From positions 12,338,001 through 12,402,000 of the forward strand of contig CM114271.1 in NCBI GenBank assembly GCA_050084515.1: a stretch of DNA of 64,000 nt, in the 5' to 3' direction. The notes beneath the pieces were generated by a model that was not told the origin of the DNA, did not search any database, and saw only the letters and a list, made by a program, of their open reading frames with translations. Positions 12,843 through 27,572 of this stretch are shown piece after piece. The DNA comes from Blasia pusilla (Eukaryota). Numbering within the stretch: position 1 is the stretch's first letter; each line of letters starts with the position of its first letter. The position numbers and the translations under genes are program-made.

Positions 12843-14914
12843 CCTCAAGCTTGCAGGTACCACTACCAAGCTTGGATCCACGTTTGAAAGATGAAATGAC
12901 GCACAATTACACACATGATCCTTCCAAACCGTACCATCCCGTCCCTCCTACATGAGGACTCTGGTCGGTAACACCTTACGCACATGTAAGATCATGCGCC
13001 CTGTAGTGACATCTAGTGTTGTGTGTGACGCATGCTGTAGCTATATATAATCTCTAGGATGGAATCTCTTAATCCCTGGACGAAAATCTCCTCCATGAAT
13101 CATTGCGTATCTCTATGTATCAATGTGCTGCATAATAGCTAAGTTCTCAAATGCAATGGGCATAACTCTACAAAAAATCTCCACCCTTTGAGAACATGCT
13201 TGTACCCACACATCTGAGTCATCAAGATCAAACAATTGTCCCAAGTCACGTCAAATAGCTGTAGGTAAATCTGGCTCTCTCCCATGGAGCAAAAAGTACA
13301 ATGAAAATGACGCCAAGGATGCCTGACGGATGAAGTGATAACCCATAGCCAACCATGGCAACTCATTCCCTCCTTGACTCTCTCCGCCAATCCGCCTGCC
13401 TGAGGAAGATTTTTGGACGTGGTGTGGTGATCTCTACATGCCTGATTACACAAGGCCTGAATCTCTCCCTTGAACTCGGTACCCCAGTCAGTCAACACCT
13501 CCGCCGGTGCACCAAAATGACTAACCATACGATCTAGCTAGAAACGTATAAGTTGTTCCCTCACTTGCCTTGTCTAGTAGTGCCACCAACTCTATCCACT
13601 TGGAGAAATGCTCCACCATAACTAACATATACATATGATGATACCCCATCAATGGCAAAGGTCCTACGAAGTCTAGACTTCACCAATAACCTAAACCCAT
13701 AATCAACAAAAGATGCAATTGTAAAGTGGGAGCATTGAAGGATGCTCGCACTCGGTCACATACCATACATCTGGCTACAAACTACTAAACCTCAGTGTGC
13801 ATGTCGTGCCACCTATTAATATTGAACCTGAAGTAAATATGCTTAATTTTGGTTCAGTATTAATACGCTTGACTCCAAAATGCCCCAACTCCTTGTGGGC
13901 ATGTCGCACTACACGTGCTCGCTGGGAAGGATGAGGTACCATTCGTACCCTACCATTTCCCCATACCTGTAGAATATGTGTCCCCTCCTACTTGAACCTC
14001 ATGGTTCTTTGTAGGATCCAATCCCGCTCTCTAGCACTCACTGTGCTTGCTATGACGTTAGTCCGTAGGAACTCCACAACCTCCACCTGGTCATGGATAT
14101 CACCACTACTCCTTGCCTCCTCACTGATCTCCACATCTGAAGACTCATCATCTAATCCTACCACTGGAGTCACCACCTGCTGCTGACCTATCATAGTCAA
14201 CCACAAAGAAAGGTAGATGTGTGCCAAGTGGGCACCATCTCCTCATGAGTCTCTTTGTGCCATCGAGCTCTTGTGTTGTCTCTCTTACTCGGACATGGGT
14301 TGCGACTCAACCCATCTACATCTTGGTTCAGCTCACCTGGCCTATGAACCACCTCAAACTCGTACTCCTACAAAAATAAAGCTCACCTGGAAAGCTTTCT
14401 CGTAAGCTTGTTGAACTCCATCAACCACCTCTTTGGTTGATGAATAGTGCTAACTGTGAAAGGGTTGCTAAATAGAGAGCACCTGAAATATGCAACGGCC
14501 CTCACTACAACCAAACACTCTCCCTTGTAGGAGTTGTACTTTGTCTCTGCAATGTTGTTTGATCGGCTTGCATAAGCCACAACAAACTCCCTCTCCTCAT
14601 CATCTCTGTGAGTAAGCACTACTCATAGACCTAACATGCTCCAATCTGTATGTAATTAGAATGGACGAGCCCTAACTAGTTTGGAAAATGGATGAGCATG
14701 TCAGCCTATCCTTCAGCTTTTGAAATGCTCTCTCTTGATAATCTCCTTAATGCAAAACCTGATCAAGTTTCATCAGCAAGGTCAAAGACATCATGATCAA
14801 ACTAAAACCCTTCACATATCGTCAATAGAAGTTCGCCAATCTAGAAATTCTTGGACTCGACTCACATTTGTAGGGCGTGGAATCTCCACAATATCCTCCA
14901 CTTTCGTCTACTGA

Positions 14915-15182
14915 CACTAGAAGAAATCCCTGGTTTTATGACTAGGTTACATGACTCATATGAGTCATATTTTACATACCACGACTAACAATGACTAACG
15001 ACTACTTTAGACACAAAAGCCAAGTCAGCACCATAGCACTATCCATTGCAGGCTCGGGCTAGACTCTAACAATTATCTCTTGTCTAGTCATATACTTCAT
15101 GGGTAATTTGCCTCTAATAGAGTTCTGTATTTGGAAGGGAAAAGGCTCAATGACTCAATGGAAAAAAAAAAAAAAAAAAAAG
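14915..15182 (+). mobile_element. Probable CACTA terminal fragment inserted in the Gypsy copy
   Basis: Begins CACTAGAAGAAA exactly where pol similarity stops; many (A/C)TGACT-like short repeats; ends in a ~21-nt A run. No partner TIR found. Confidence 0.45.
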
Positions 15183-17251
15183 GAGTCTGGCTCACCTTGA
15201 TGGCCATCTCCAATACCGTGGTTGACGTTGACCCCCTACAAGTTGGCATAGGATTTGTCTCTCCAACTCCTTGCAACGTCCACGCACCTGCCCCACCTGT
15301 GGGCACCGCTGGTCAGGGCGCCATCGATGGTGTGTGTAGTGCCTCTCATAATGTAAAGGACTGTGGAACCTTGACTTTTTGCCCATCGGTCCTCTCTTGT
15401 GGGTCTATCTCCACCTCATCTCTCAATGACTCGGTCACCCTCGCAATACCCCGGGTCACCATTACAACAGCCTCTACCTAAGCCACACTGCATATGAAAC
15501 CAAGGCCAGAGAAATCCCCGGCTCTATCGTAATATGATGTGGAGGTGCCACCTGATGTAGATTCTCTTGGGTCCATCTCCATCCCTGGCTGCGTCATTGA
15601 CATGCTTGCAATCATATGCTCTAATTGGTGGATGCACGAGAGAAGCGCCATCTCTGTTGTCCACACTCCATCTCCTCCGCCAACTGGTGGACTTTGACCA
15701 CCGCGACCAAAAACTCCACGACTTGCCCCAAGAGAATCATCCCTAGGCTCTTGGCCTACCTTTGGTCGTGCATGCCTATTGGTGAAGATTGAAACAACTA
15801 TCTCTTGTGTGACCATATCGATGGCAATAATCACACTATAATTGTAGTGGGACCATCCAAGATGGCTCTTAAGCAATCGAAGCCATCCTTGGCCCTCTAC
15901 CATGTTGAGGAAAGTCCCTCTGCCTATGGGGCCCACCACACATCCAATAGGCCATCGTGGATCCTTGTTGGGCAACATAGGTCGCTACGGGTTGTTTCCT
16001 CATCGATTCCCGATACCCGACCTGCTCTCTAGGCACATCGGCATGCTCCCATGGTACTAGTGCACGTTGGGGCACGTGTGGGGTTATTGTCACTCACAGA
16101 CCCGTCGACTATGAGGAAAAACCTATGGTCACCACCTCCTCCTCACTCATGTTAAGCTTAATCTGCTCAAGCAACTCAAAGATCACCTTCAATGTGGGCT
16201 TCGCCAAGTGAAGCAACATCGCATCTCGCACTCTTCTCCGTAGTTCTAGGTCCACAACTACTTATCAATACTAGACCGACTGTGCCTTAGTCACTCGATA
16301 GGTTGCAAAGATCAGTCTCCATAGGCGCATGAATGCCTCCCTCAAACTCTCACCCGATCGTCACTAAAAATCTTGCAGACTCGTCAGCTTGTCGGTTTGC
16401 ATGCCATGGTAGCTTCTCCCCAACTGTCAGAAGAACTCCATTGTAGGACTGAAATTGGGTGGCCCTCTACCACCAGAGGTCTTTGCCACCTCACCACGTA
16501 CCCTCACTATCATCCTCTCCATCTAGTCCCTGCCTTGATAGTGTGGGTTTCTCCATCCTCACTATCCCATCATATGCCTCACGGGCACTAGTGGATACAT
16601 ACCCTCGAGCCCAATACATCCTCCAGGCATCAATTTCAGCTGAGTGTGGCCATTAGAACTCCATGTAATCATCCATCAGAGGACCCTCCAAGTGCTGGAA
16701 CAAACCCTTCCATGCCATAAAAGGGTTCAACCTTGTAGGGGCCCGTATCTCCTAAAAGCCGCACCATGTGTTGAACTCCTGGATGAATTCTTCTAAGTCG
16801 ATGGTGCCCACCAAACTTTGGAAATGACGCATGACTCGATGGCCCATATCGTCCATCTCTTGCCAAGTGACATTGTCCCTTACTACAATCTCGTCACCAG
16901 ACCCCCTATCTAGTGATGACGATCCAACTACTCGAAACCCCTCGGTATCTCACTCCATTCCGTGACACACCATCACCCTTGCTCAAACTACCCCGTTCTT
17001 CCCAACTCTGGTAGAACGCCTTGATGATAACCCCATCTCACCCACTCAAGCACTCACACTCATCGACAGTCTCCCGCACTCCTCACTAGGTCATATATGC
17101 TTATGATAATCTCATGAAGATACACCCGGCCTCACGCACACTCATCACTCTACTCAAGGACGGGTTAACATCCGTGCCCATACTAATGAGACCTATTAGG
17201 GGGCATCCTTTCTAGTTGCATACAAATTGGAGTATGTTGGGGCTTGGAGCA

Positions 17252-18708
17252 CTACTCTAACTCCTTGTAATGGTCTTCCAACACATGTTGGATCTGTTTA
17301 GCCGTGGTCACCATTCCACGGTCTTTTCTCTTCAAGGCCTTTACGTCATTTTTGTCCCTGGACTTGCTCAATTTCTGCTCTTCCATCCATAACTTTTTTT
17401 GATTCTTAGTGAAATTCTCATTGATGGATGAGTATGTCGCTTGGTTCAATTTCTTCTTGTGCATGCGTACGAGCAGACGAGTTTCCTTGCATAGGGCCAC
17501 ATACTCTGCCTACAAGGATGCATCGTCTTTGGCTTTGGCACTTGTTACATATGCTTCCCTTCGTTTGCCAATGGCCAAATGAAGTTTTAAGGACCAAATT
17601 GCCAGCCTCCCAAGAAGACTATGTTCCCCTTTTTCTGGAACCCAAGGCAATCAGTTTTCACACTATCAAACGCTGCCTCTATTACAGCAGCAGATTCACT
17701 ATTTGTAGGCATGTAAATACACCCAATATACATATCTTGCATGTTGCACTCTGCTCAAACTTCGACCCATATGCCGTGTTCATACTCGAGCCCTGTGCTG
17801 ATAATCTCACACCTGTCCACCATGAAGTCTCTGATGAAAAACCCGACACCCTTCATACCTCTAGTTTTTCCTGCCTGGGTGTTGCACATCTTTCCAAACC
17901 ATGCATAGTGTGGTACATGGGGTATCTCCATTAACTTGGTTTCCCAAGTTTCCTGACCACTGCATATATGTATTTGATTTTTCAGCAAAACTTCAGCAAC
18001 CTCCAGCTGCTTCACTGCATGGGTCAATCCACAGAAGTTCCAGGTACCCAAATGGAGACCTATCACTAAGTGGGTTGGGGGTCGGCACGCACGCTTTTGG
18101 CGTAGGTGTGGCTGCTTGCAACATGGAACCCCTTCATGTGCACGCTCTTCATCGCTGGTTCCTTGGAGAGCACTAAAGATATTAGGTGTGTAGATCACTA
18201 GGGGTTTTGTGGAGATGGGCCTTTCCTTCAAGCTGGAACCACCCTTGACTACCATAGCCCTCCAGTTGTAGGCACATCTTAGTTCTTGAGACACTTGGTT
18301 ATAATGGCAAGCCAAGTATTGGCCTCCTCTGCCCTTGATTGACGCCTTGAAGATACATTGATAGCCATTCATCATCCGAGTAACCCCAACTGTAGCCAGG
18401 AATTCAAAGCCCAAAGCTACGCATATGATCTTAAATGAGACAAAGACTACTATGAGACGTACACCAAAAATGATCATGTGGAACCGTGGTCTCCTCCTAC
18501 AGACCAGATTGAACTCTCTGCCCACATCTGAACTACTGGGGGCCTTTGATCGTCTCACATAAACATGCCGGTATTCCCCATCCACCTTGGGGATGCTGAA
18601 CTTTGGTATGCACCTTTGATAGGTGAAGTGATACTCCTCACAAGCTTGGGAGGATGGAGATATGTTGGGCTCAAGCCCGCTGATTATATGGAGAGGTTTG
18701 GCAAACAA
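17252..18708 (-). mobile_element. Non-LTR retrotransposon (LINE) remnant: APE endonuclease and linker, RT absent
   Basis: LGTWNFCGL, CSGQETW, GVGFFI, then MYIGCIYMPT..GNIVFLG (APE motifs); downstream KDRGMVTTAKQIQHVLEDHYKEL resembles the pre-RT linker. Confidence 0.82.
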
Positions 18709-18944
18709 TTGATTTAGGATCTGGGGAGAACGTTTAAGCTCCCATCCTGAGAGTCTAGACAGGGACTCGCTGTCCTATTTGTGCGGAGGGGCTTCCTCTA
18801 AGCGTCAGGGTGCCCAAAGAGAGCCCGCTTATTACCCCCAGAGATTATCACTCCCTGCCAAGGTGAATAGCCTTGACATTAAGCTGCAGAGAAGGGTCCG
18901 TGAGTCCAACTTCAAAAGAAGGACATGTCTCAATTTCTCCAACT

Positions 18945-19093
<149 letters not shown>

Positions 19094-19350
19094 CGGCCTG
19101 GTTGGGTTTAAACCCCAAAACTACAAGTCCTGATAAGCCTGGTATGTTGGGATGACATGTTCTAAAGCACTGCTCTTGGGTAGCTTATAATGAGTGAACC
19201 GCGTGCAAACAATATAGCAATACTCTCTATTGAGTTGCCCATTGCTGTAGTTGGAACGTGTTGTGAGCTTGCGATGTCGTTTCCTTGGTTGGTAGGTGTG
19301 GATTAGTGTGTCCTGTAATTCATGTGACTTGTGGCAGTTGTGCCACAAGT

Positions 19351-19513
<163 letters not shown>

Positions 19514-19546
19514 TTTGTGTGCATACTGTGAGAAATCTAAATTTAT

Positions 19547-19673
19547 TTGAGATATTTTGGTACTCAATCGTCTCAATGTTTAGATATCATGAGTTAGTAT
19601 GGTATCTTGTGTGCTAGTGTGTGTATTTGGTGGCAACGATGTATGTTTTGTAGCGATGTGTATGCGCACAACA
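19547..19673 (+). repeat. Terminal B repeat of the PHD-Gypsy family
   Basis: GAGATATTTTGGTAC..GTAGCGATGTGTATGCGCACAACA matches the reverse complement of 44113-44238. Confidence 0.8.
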
Positions 19674-21073
19674 TATGCAACTATGCATGGAGGAGGCTAT
19701 CGACTAGGGATATGGAGATTCCATATGGTGATTATGTCTATTTACAGTAGACGGTGCCAATAAGAATGTATGTGATGATAGTATGCACTATTTTGCGAGT
19801 GGGAGAGATTGTACCTTCAAGAGTCCTTCTTTTAGAGGGTTGTGATGGTACCGTTTGGAAAGATCATGTGTGTAATTATGCGCCATGTCATCTTCTGAAT
19901 ATGGATGCATGGGAGTATTGATCCAAGATTGCCACTTATTCCTACAAGCTTGAGATGTATATTACGTGGGCTACTAGAGGAGAAGCCATGATGCTAGTCT
20001 AAGATGAGTGTTTTTGAGGATGGCATATGTCATGTTTGACGTCACTTCTTGACTTGGTTCCTCTGAGATGTATGTAGATATGATAAGTAGATTACAAGAT
20101 GACTCTTAATGTTATGGATTGTATGAAGGTGACAAATATCATGACACCTGAGATTCAGCATAACATTAACATACATGACATCCGATCTCCTAATCTTAGT
20201 ACCAAAAATATGCATAGTATTTAAACTTATTTTGTAGGCTATCTGGAGTAAGAAGGAACTAATCACCAATTAGGAGGGTACTTGGAATTTTATAGTTATT
20301 TAAGTGTAGATATGTTAGGATTCATAGTTAGATGGATCTTAAACTTGTGAGCATGACAGCCGATGTATGTTGGCAACGATGTCTATTTGCACGACAAATG
20401 TCATGGTAGATGAGATATAGGGCGAGATAGTATCAAGGCCTTAGACTAGTCTTATCCTTCCCTATTTTGATAAGTCATATGTGACCTTCTTTTAGGAGAT
20501 AACCTCCGAGCGTAGGTCACCCTTACCTTTATGAGGAGTGACAACCTTGGAGAGGTGGACCATCTCATCGTTTCTATGGAGCCACTTGAGCTTATAGGGT
20601 TCGAGTATTAGTTGGAAGTGGAATAGTAGTTGGTCTTATGAGAGGACCACATGTGTAGTTGTACAAAGGAGGTTACCTATGTGTAAAAGTCATCCATGGA
20701 GGTGCCAAATGGGGTTATACCTCGGACGAAACTCATTCAGAGCTCATATTCCTTGGATCAAACTCATGTTGGGATAGTGATACAATATAGCTTGCATATA
20801 TTGAGCCTAGATTCTCTCTTGAAGAGTGGGCTATCGTCAATCATACATATTGAGAGTTTATTGCAGACTATCTCTTATTGTTATTGTGGTGTGTATGATT
20901 GAGTGGATGTTTGGATGAAGCATAGTTGATTGCAAATTTCATCAACATAGCACTTTTATATTGGGGTTGTCCAATCATTTATGTGTAAATATGTTAGGAT
21001 TCATGATACACGGGTCTTAAATTTTGTGGAAGACACTTGATGTATGTTGGTAGCAATATCTATTTGCTTGACA
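19674..21073 (+). mobile_element. 3' fragment of PHD-Gypsy: integrase tail, PHD, B-A-B (B 20283-20396 and 20962-21073)
   Basis: LLLEGCDGTVWKDHVCNYAPCHLLN, DECF*GWHMSCLT; purine tract TTAGGAGGG; paired repeats containing TGTTAGGATTCAT..GATGTATGTTGG..TATTTGC..GACA. Confidence 0.8.
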
Positions 21074-21078
21074 CTTAC

Positions 21079-21828
21079 TATTGCGACCCTCATAACCAAA
21101 TGAGCACCAAGCAGAACATCCAAACTCTAGCAGGCTCATGCTAGGATGGTTTGCGAGTTGGAGTGATCTCTTGGAAAAGACGCAAGAGACATAAGAGACA
21201 AGACATGAACAAGGATGAGCATTTCATGCATTTATGGTCAAAAATAGGAAACCTCGACCAAATGTGAACCAAGACTTGAGAGGAGTCGAGTCTAGGAAAG
21301 TTGGTTTCCAAAAAGGTGAGAACCGGATTTGGAACGTGACTAGCGTTTGGGATTTTGACTGCATTTTGGACGATAAATTTTAGTACCAAGATGCATTTAG
21401 GACAAGTAAGATGGAATTTTGAAGCTCATGCAAAGCCAGTTCCAACGCATCAAAGATCTCAGCAAACGCAAAAGTAGAGACTAAGAAATTGGCCGAAAAC
21501 AATTGTAAGAGAAGTCGGGTTGAGGGCCAAAAAGAGGGCACGAACGTCTCTTTCCCAAAGGTAGGAGGAGGGCGGAGATCCTCAGAAGTACTTGTAAGGG
21601 GGAAGGTCTCCAAGAGTGCTTGGAACTCAAATCCCCCTTTGGGACATCGCGGGGCAACCCAAGGGCGCAGAATGGATCGGGAGTTTTGGCGTTGGGATTC
21701 AAACCCAAACGAAGTCCAATAGAGTCGATTTTGGATGTCCCCATTGGATTACAATCTGCGACTCATTTATTTGGATCTTGATTTGGGGGCTCATATGAGG
21801 TCCATTGGATAGTTGGGACCGCTAGGCG
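21079..21828 (+). repeat. Dispersed LTR-like repeat family X, copy 2
   Basis: Colinear with 8895-9605. Confidence 0.8.
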
Positions 21829-22139
21829 CACGAATGCCGTATTAGGTGCCTAAACTAACCAAAAAGATTGTTTGAAGTCTCGGAAGAGTTGCTCGTATTA
21901 GAAAGGTAGGAATTAGGGAAGGTTGAGCTTGATGAGATGCCGAGTTGAGAACTAGGTGGGTTGGAGGGCCGATTGACCCAAACCCGACTCACGTGAGTGT
22001 GTTTGGGTGTAGATCGATAGTGAGAGCATGTCCTACTAAATGTACGCTTCCACAACACTAAAGATTGACATTCAAGAGGAGTAGACCCATGACACGTATA
22101 ATTTCCATGGATGGAAATGGAATAAAAATTCAACAAGGA

Positions 22140-24079
22140 GACATCCTTAGAGTTCTTCTTATCTTACTTGTTTTTTTATGGCCAAGAGTTAGATTTACTT
22201 ACGATCATTCATGATAGTATTGGTAAGGTTTCGAACCTCGATCATCTTGATGTATGGGTAAGAGCATGTTCTCAACGGGCTGAGTTGTTCCAAAGAGTTA
22301 TGCCCATGGCATTCAAGAACTTGGCTTTCATCAAGGAGACTATGTTTACTTGTAGTAGACAATACCTACCATTTGGATGTTATAGCATGATGCTTCATCG
22401 TGAGAGTGAGTGAGATATTGCCATCTGGTATTCTCTTATTGGAGGGAGATGATGAGATGGTTTGGAAGGACCATGTGGATAATTGTGCGCCAATGTCACC
22501 TTCCTAATATTGATGGTACCATAGATCTGACCTTACTAGTAGTTCATGTTCAACTTGGCTTGCATAGTATGTTGTGTGGATTTTCTTGTGGTGCTGCCAC
22601 CATGCTAGTTTGTGATGAATTGGATGTGCCGTAGATGTACATCAAGTAGGTACTAGGTAGTCATAGATCTAGACTCGCATTAGAGACATGGAGGAGAAGA
22701 AGGTGAATAACAATAAGGCTACATGAACATCCAACCTTTTTGCTCTTAGCATCCTAGAGATGTGTGCTCAGGTAAGTAGGGACGGATGGTTATCTTGAGT
22801 TAGAGAGACCTTATTCGTAGCTAGGGGGTGATTGGAGATATTTTGGTACATGATTGTCTCAATGTTTATATGCCATGAATGGATATGGTATCTCATATTT
22901 ATGAACTTGAAGCATGTGATATTGATGTATGTTGTGTAGTGATATGTATATGCACGATAATTTTCACGCCTTTTAGGATGGATTGAAGAGTATCCAAATT
23001 GCACCTTCGAGGAGATCGGAGGAAAACCTTAATTAATGTCATAGATTTCTTCCTCTACTTCACCAAGCTTCATCCCAAAGCACTCATAACCTTCAACATT
23101 TCATGTGTATCATCGCTAGTAGCTATATTGACTGCTTGTTTGGTGTCTTATGGTTGTGTTTTCATTGCATTTTGTGAATAGTCTTATGGCGTCTTGCCCA
23201 TCTTGACTTCTCACATGTTCCTTGCTTGTTGCCCTTGACTTGGCACTCGCCTCCAAGGCCCAAACCTTGCTTGCCTTAGGTTTGTCCCTGCGAGTAGCTA
23301 TGCCCCTTTCTTACCTTAGGCTAGTCACATGACACGTGAGTCTGGCCTAGCATTAGTTACTGCAGCTAGTTCATCCTTCCTAGTCTCAATTGCAACTTTG
23401 ATAGGTTACACCAAAGTCTTTTCTCCTTGGACCTTCGATCATGAATCACATCCCGAGTCCCCGTTAGTATGGACGTCATACACTTAGCTTTTCACAACGT
23501 TCAAGAGATTAAGGATGGCATGTTGAGGCCTTGGGTAACCCGAGAGAGCAAGTTTCTTTTTTTTTTGGCTCATTGGGAGCCATATTGAGAAACTTATTAT
23601 TTCATGTAAGCTCTTAATAAAAGCATAGTAGAATTTCCACTTCGGGAAGTTTGTGGAGCTATGGTCCTCCTTGTCTTGTGACCCCCTATAGCAGATCAAG
23701 AGCTAAGGAGCTACCCTAGAAGCATAAATTACCTTGGAGAGAGCTTGGGAAATGGGAAAGGGTATACCCAATGAGAGCGACCTTTAAGGCTCATTCTATC
23801 TTTGTTAGAGCTCTTGGCATGAGTTGGTGGAGCTATGGTCCTCCTCATCTTATGAGAAACCCAAGCCTCTTATTAGGAGAGTGGGTATGGTTTGACATGA
23901 GAGAGATGCAGATATTTTGAGAATTTGGAGCACTTTAGATTGACACCAGAGATATTTTGGTACAAAACTATCTTGGTGTTCAAATACCATGAGGGAGTAT
24001 GCATATGGTATCTTATATTTATGTGCTTATAGTTCGTGATAACAATGTATGTTGTATAGCGATGTGTATGCACATGACA
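22140..24079 (+). mobile_element. 3' fragment of PHD-Gypsy: integrase tail, partial PHD, B-A-B (B 22833-22959 and 23947-24079; A interrupted at ~22990-23505)
   Basis: WVRACSQRAELFQRVMPMAFKNL, CHLPNIDGTID, MLCGFSCGAATMLVCDE; GCTAGGGGG tract; A segment matches 46020-46400. Confidence 0.85.
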
Positions 24080-24179
24080 TAGATTGCTCCACCTCCACTT
24101 GCTTAATGAGATAACACGGGCAAATCTCGAAAGACTTGGGACAGACTTTCTGGTCGGTTCAGGAATCTGAAACGGCGTT

Positions 24180-24945
24180 TCGCGCCTAGCGGTTCCAACT
24201 GTCCAATGGACATCCAATGAGTTCCTCACCAAGACTTGCACGAAGTGAATCTCCGGTTGGAATCCAAGTGTAGCGTACAAAGTCCACTCCCTTGGATTAG
24301 GTTTGGGTTTCGAGTTCCAACGCCAAACTCCCGTTCCATCCCGTGCCTCTGAAACGCCGTTTGGCGCCCAAAGTGGGGATTCGTGTTCCGAGACATCTCG
24401 GAGAGACTCCTCCCTTACTAGTACTTCTGGGGATCTCCGAGGGCCCCCTACATTTAGGGAAAGACACCCGGGCCTCTCCAATTGGCCCTCAACCCGATTG
24501 CTCTCTCAATCGTTTTCGGCCAATATCTCAGCGTGTACTATGCGTTTGTTGAGATCTTTATTGCGTTGGAAGAGTCTCAAGATCAGCTTTCCAATGCGCC
24601 CTTTCTTGTCCCGAACGCATCTCGGAGCTCAACGTTATGGTCCTAAACACAGTCAGATTCTCCCAAACGCTAGTCGTGTTCCAAACTGGTTCTCACCTCT
24701 TTGGAAACCAACCTCCCAAGACTCAACTCTTCTCAAGTCTTGGCTCGCGTTTGGTCTAGGTTTCCTGGTCGCGACCACTAACGCATGAAACGTACAACTC
24801 TGTTCCGTGTTTCGTCTCTTAAACTTTTCCAAGAGACTTTTCCAAACGCCTCTCCAAAGCGCAAACCTCGCAGCGTGAGTTCACTTGAGTTCTGATGTTT
24901 CGCTTGGCGCCTATTTGGTGTTGTTTGGTTAAGAGGGTCACGACA
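24180..24945 (-). repeat. Dispersed LTR-like repeat family X, copy 3 (inverted)
   Basis: Minus strand starts TGTCGTGACCCTCTTAACCAAA; colinear with copies 1 and 2. Confidence 0.8.
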
Positions 24946-24967
24946 ACCTACCACGAAGACAAAGCAT

Positions 24968-25298
24968 CAGGGTTGCACATGGAAAAAGTCAATGTCCGCG
25001 GACTTATGTCCGTCTTATGGACGGACATGTCCGTGCGGGCCCGGGTACACGCGGCCCGCACTAGAGCCCCTCAAGAGCCCACCCAGAGCCCCTCAAGAGC
25101 CCACCCAGAGCCCACCGCGTAGACCCGGGTTGACGGAGCCCGCACTCGTTGCGAGGCCTACGGCAGGCGCACAACTAGCCCCGCAATTGGTGCGGGCTCC
25201 GTCAACCCGAGTGTGCACACCAGGCTCTGGGGCGGGCCGGGTATGTCTGAGGACATGTCCCTCCCATGGACGCACTTGTCCGTTTCTGTGCAACCTTG
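24968..25298. mobile_element. hAT-type MITE, 331 bp
   Basis: TIRs CAGGGTTGCAC / GTGCAACCTTG (1 mismatch in 11); perfect 8-bp TSD CAAAGCAT at 24960-24967 and 25299-25306; inverted subterminal GGACATGTCC motifs; internal AGAGCCC repeats. Confidence 0.92.
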
Positions 25299-27572
25299 CA
25301 AAGCATCCTACCCTATTTATCCTCCACTAGCTAATCATGACAAACCATTAGCTACAATTCCCATGGTCTAGTAAAGTACATCTACCAGACAGACATGTGA
25401 TTGCCTTCTACAAAAGTATAACCTTCAAGATTAGGATCATTCTTGAATTTCGTTGCTTTCACAACTCAAATGCAACTCCCAACTGTGTGTCTATGAAGGT
25501 GTTGCTTGATAAGGACAGAAATGTCTCTCTTCTCCTTGCTTACATCTGATGTCATCTTTCTCATCCATGAGAAAATAACGCTTACATACATAGGTCTCGA
25601 CCTTAGTCTACATGCGAATTTCAAGGGAAACTTGTGCTTGTTGCCCTCCATTTCCAACTGTGATTGGTGTACTAATATGATGTATTTCCAAAGACTACCT
25701 ATGGAGTGCCAAAGACTATCAACTTATCAGTCTAGCATGGGCGTGTCAAGGAGTTCAGCATGAGCATGGCTCTCATGCTCGGGCAGGTAGGGCTTCCACT
25801 CACGTCGTAATGAGGACATGCTGCATTCTACTCTACAAACGAGTATCTTCTTACATGTAATAACAAGAACTAAGCATGTTAGCGGAAATGTTGGTTACAC
25901 AATAAGGGGGCTAACTGAGTGTAGAACTTTCCAAGTATGCCTGCGTAGAAGAGTCGGCATACCCGCCAGCCTCGTAAGCAAATGCCTCAAGGTTTTGGTT
26001 TGGGATTTTTTTGTGACGATAGTGTTTCAAAGTGGATATCCTCTTCAAACGTCAAATGGAAATGAATCTCGTACTGTACAAAACGATGATAATGTTGAGA
26101 ATTATGAATTACCAACTGCCAGGAGTTACTTAATGCGTACGTGTGGGAGACCGGAAGCCTTCAAGACTCCATCTCTGGATAAATTCGGCGATGTGCGTAT
26201 AGGGCACATACGCCGAAATGATATCGGCCATAATTTGATTTCATTTCAAACCCCTGCGACGATGCCCGGGAATCCGGGATTCTATGGTGAATCTATGATA
26301 GGAGCAGCTTAGGAGTTAAGGCACATTACGGTTACCCTAGAGATGACGCTGATGAACGAAGAGGTCAAACTACGAGACCAGGCGTGGTTTACTCACTCAC
26401 GCGAAGTCAATAACATAGTTTTTTGGAGCGGACCTATAAGACATTCCGTTGATGTAACGGACGGAATAGAATGAACTAGGAGGCGGAGAATATCTTCACA
26501 ATAAGTCGACTTTGGCAATGACCTTAAATAAAAATTGTGGATATTGCTGAGATGAAGACAGTTCCGACACCAAATCAAAGATTTCCTTGTAAAAATGTTG
26601 AATTTCTGACTGGGATTTGCAAATTACTTGACCGGAATGACTTCCTGTCGGCAATTCGCCGATATGCGTAGTATCTACCCGAGCCTTGGAGCACATAGAG
26701 GGACGGAGCGGGAGGGAGCATACATGGGCTTTCCCGCCAGATCCTGGTTGGTATGAATGAAGCTCCAATTACAAGGCACCGTCCATAAATCGGCCATCCC
26801 GTACGTGTAGCGAGGGCAGAGGCCAAGGAGAGTCTAGAAACGGTCCTTCGGCTTTGCAAGTTTGCAGACGGACGACCCAGGGTCCGGGGAGTTTTTCCCC
26901 GGGAAACAGCTACTTACCGTTTTCCCTGTCCGGAATCGGATTTTCCCAAATGTCAATCGGTAATGGAAGATAGTTTTTAAAACAGGTCGAATTTATGATG
27001 TTTTACTTTTGCTACAGTCAATTTCTGAAATTTTAAAATTTTAAATAGCACATTTTCTATTCTTTTGGAGGCCCCAGCCAATTTCCGGCTCAATTTCAAA
27101 ATAACCGGCTGAATTTTTTCCTTTGCATAACCTCCTTTGTATAACTTGGATCCTATAGAAACGTCACCAACTAAAGATCCTAACTCTCCAAAATCATCAT
27201 CTCAACTTTCTTCCTTGGCAGGGTTTGAACTTGGCAAGCCTCCCACCACTTGGGAAACAAGGATTATCCATTTGACATTTTTCTTAAGTCTTGGTATTCT
27301 TATCTTCACTCCCCCTATATCCCACATTCACATCCTTAGCAGGAATTGAACCTGGCCAGGATTCCCACCAATTGGGAACCAAGGATCCAACCCCTTCATA
27401 GTACATTAAAGGTTTTATCACAAAACCTTTAATGTACTACAAAAGGGACCCTAACCTCTCATCCCTCCATCCCCACCTACTAAACATCTGAAATTGGTGC
27501 ACTTGGACAATCTTCTACACTTGCTGCCTCTATTGGAGTGTCCACGTCATTCACGTATTTCTCAGGATTAGA

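Larger units (their letters stand above)
11865..17150 (-). mobile_element. Degenerate Ty3/Gypsy element (PHD family): gag, internal deletion, RNase H, integrase, PHD, B-A-B terminus
   Basis: gag (MDDMGH..GTIDLEEFIQEFNTWC, CWMCGGPH-like knuckle); RNase H EREFVVAYASRSNN..YNSYKGECL; integrase SHFGAPAEVLTDWGTEF..GLAERV; PHD finger. Protease, MTase and most of RT are missing at ~14915-15190. Confidence 0.9.
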
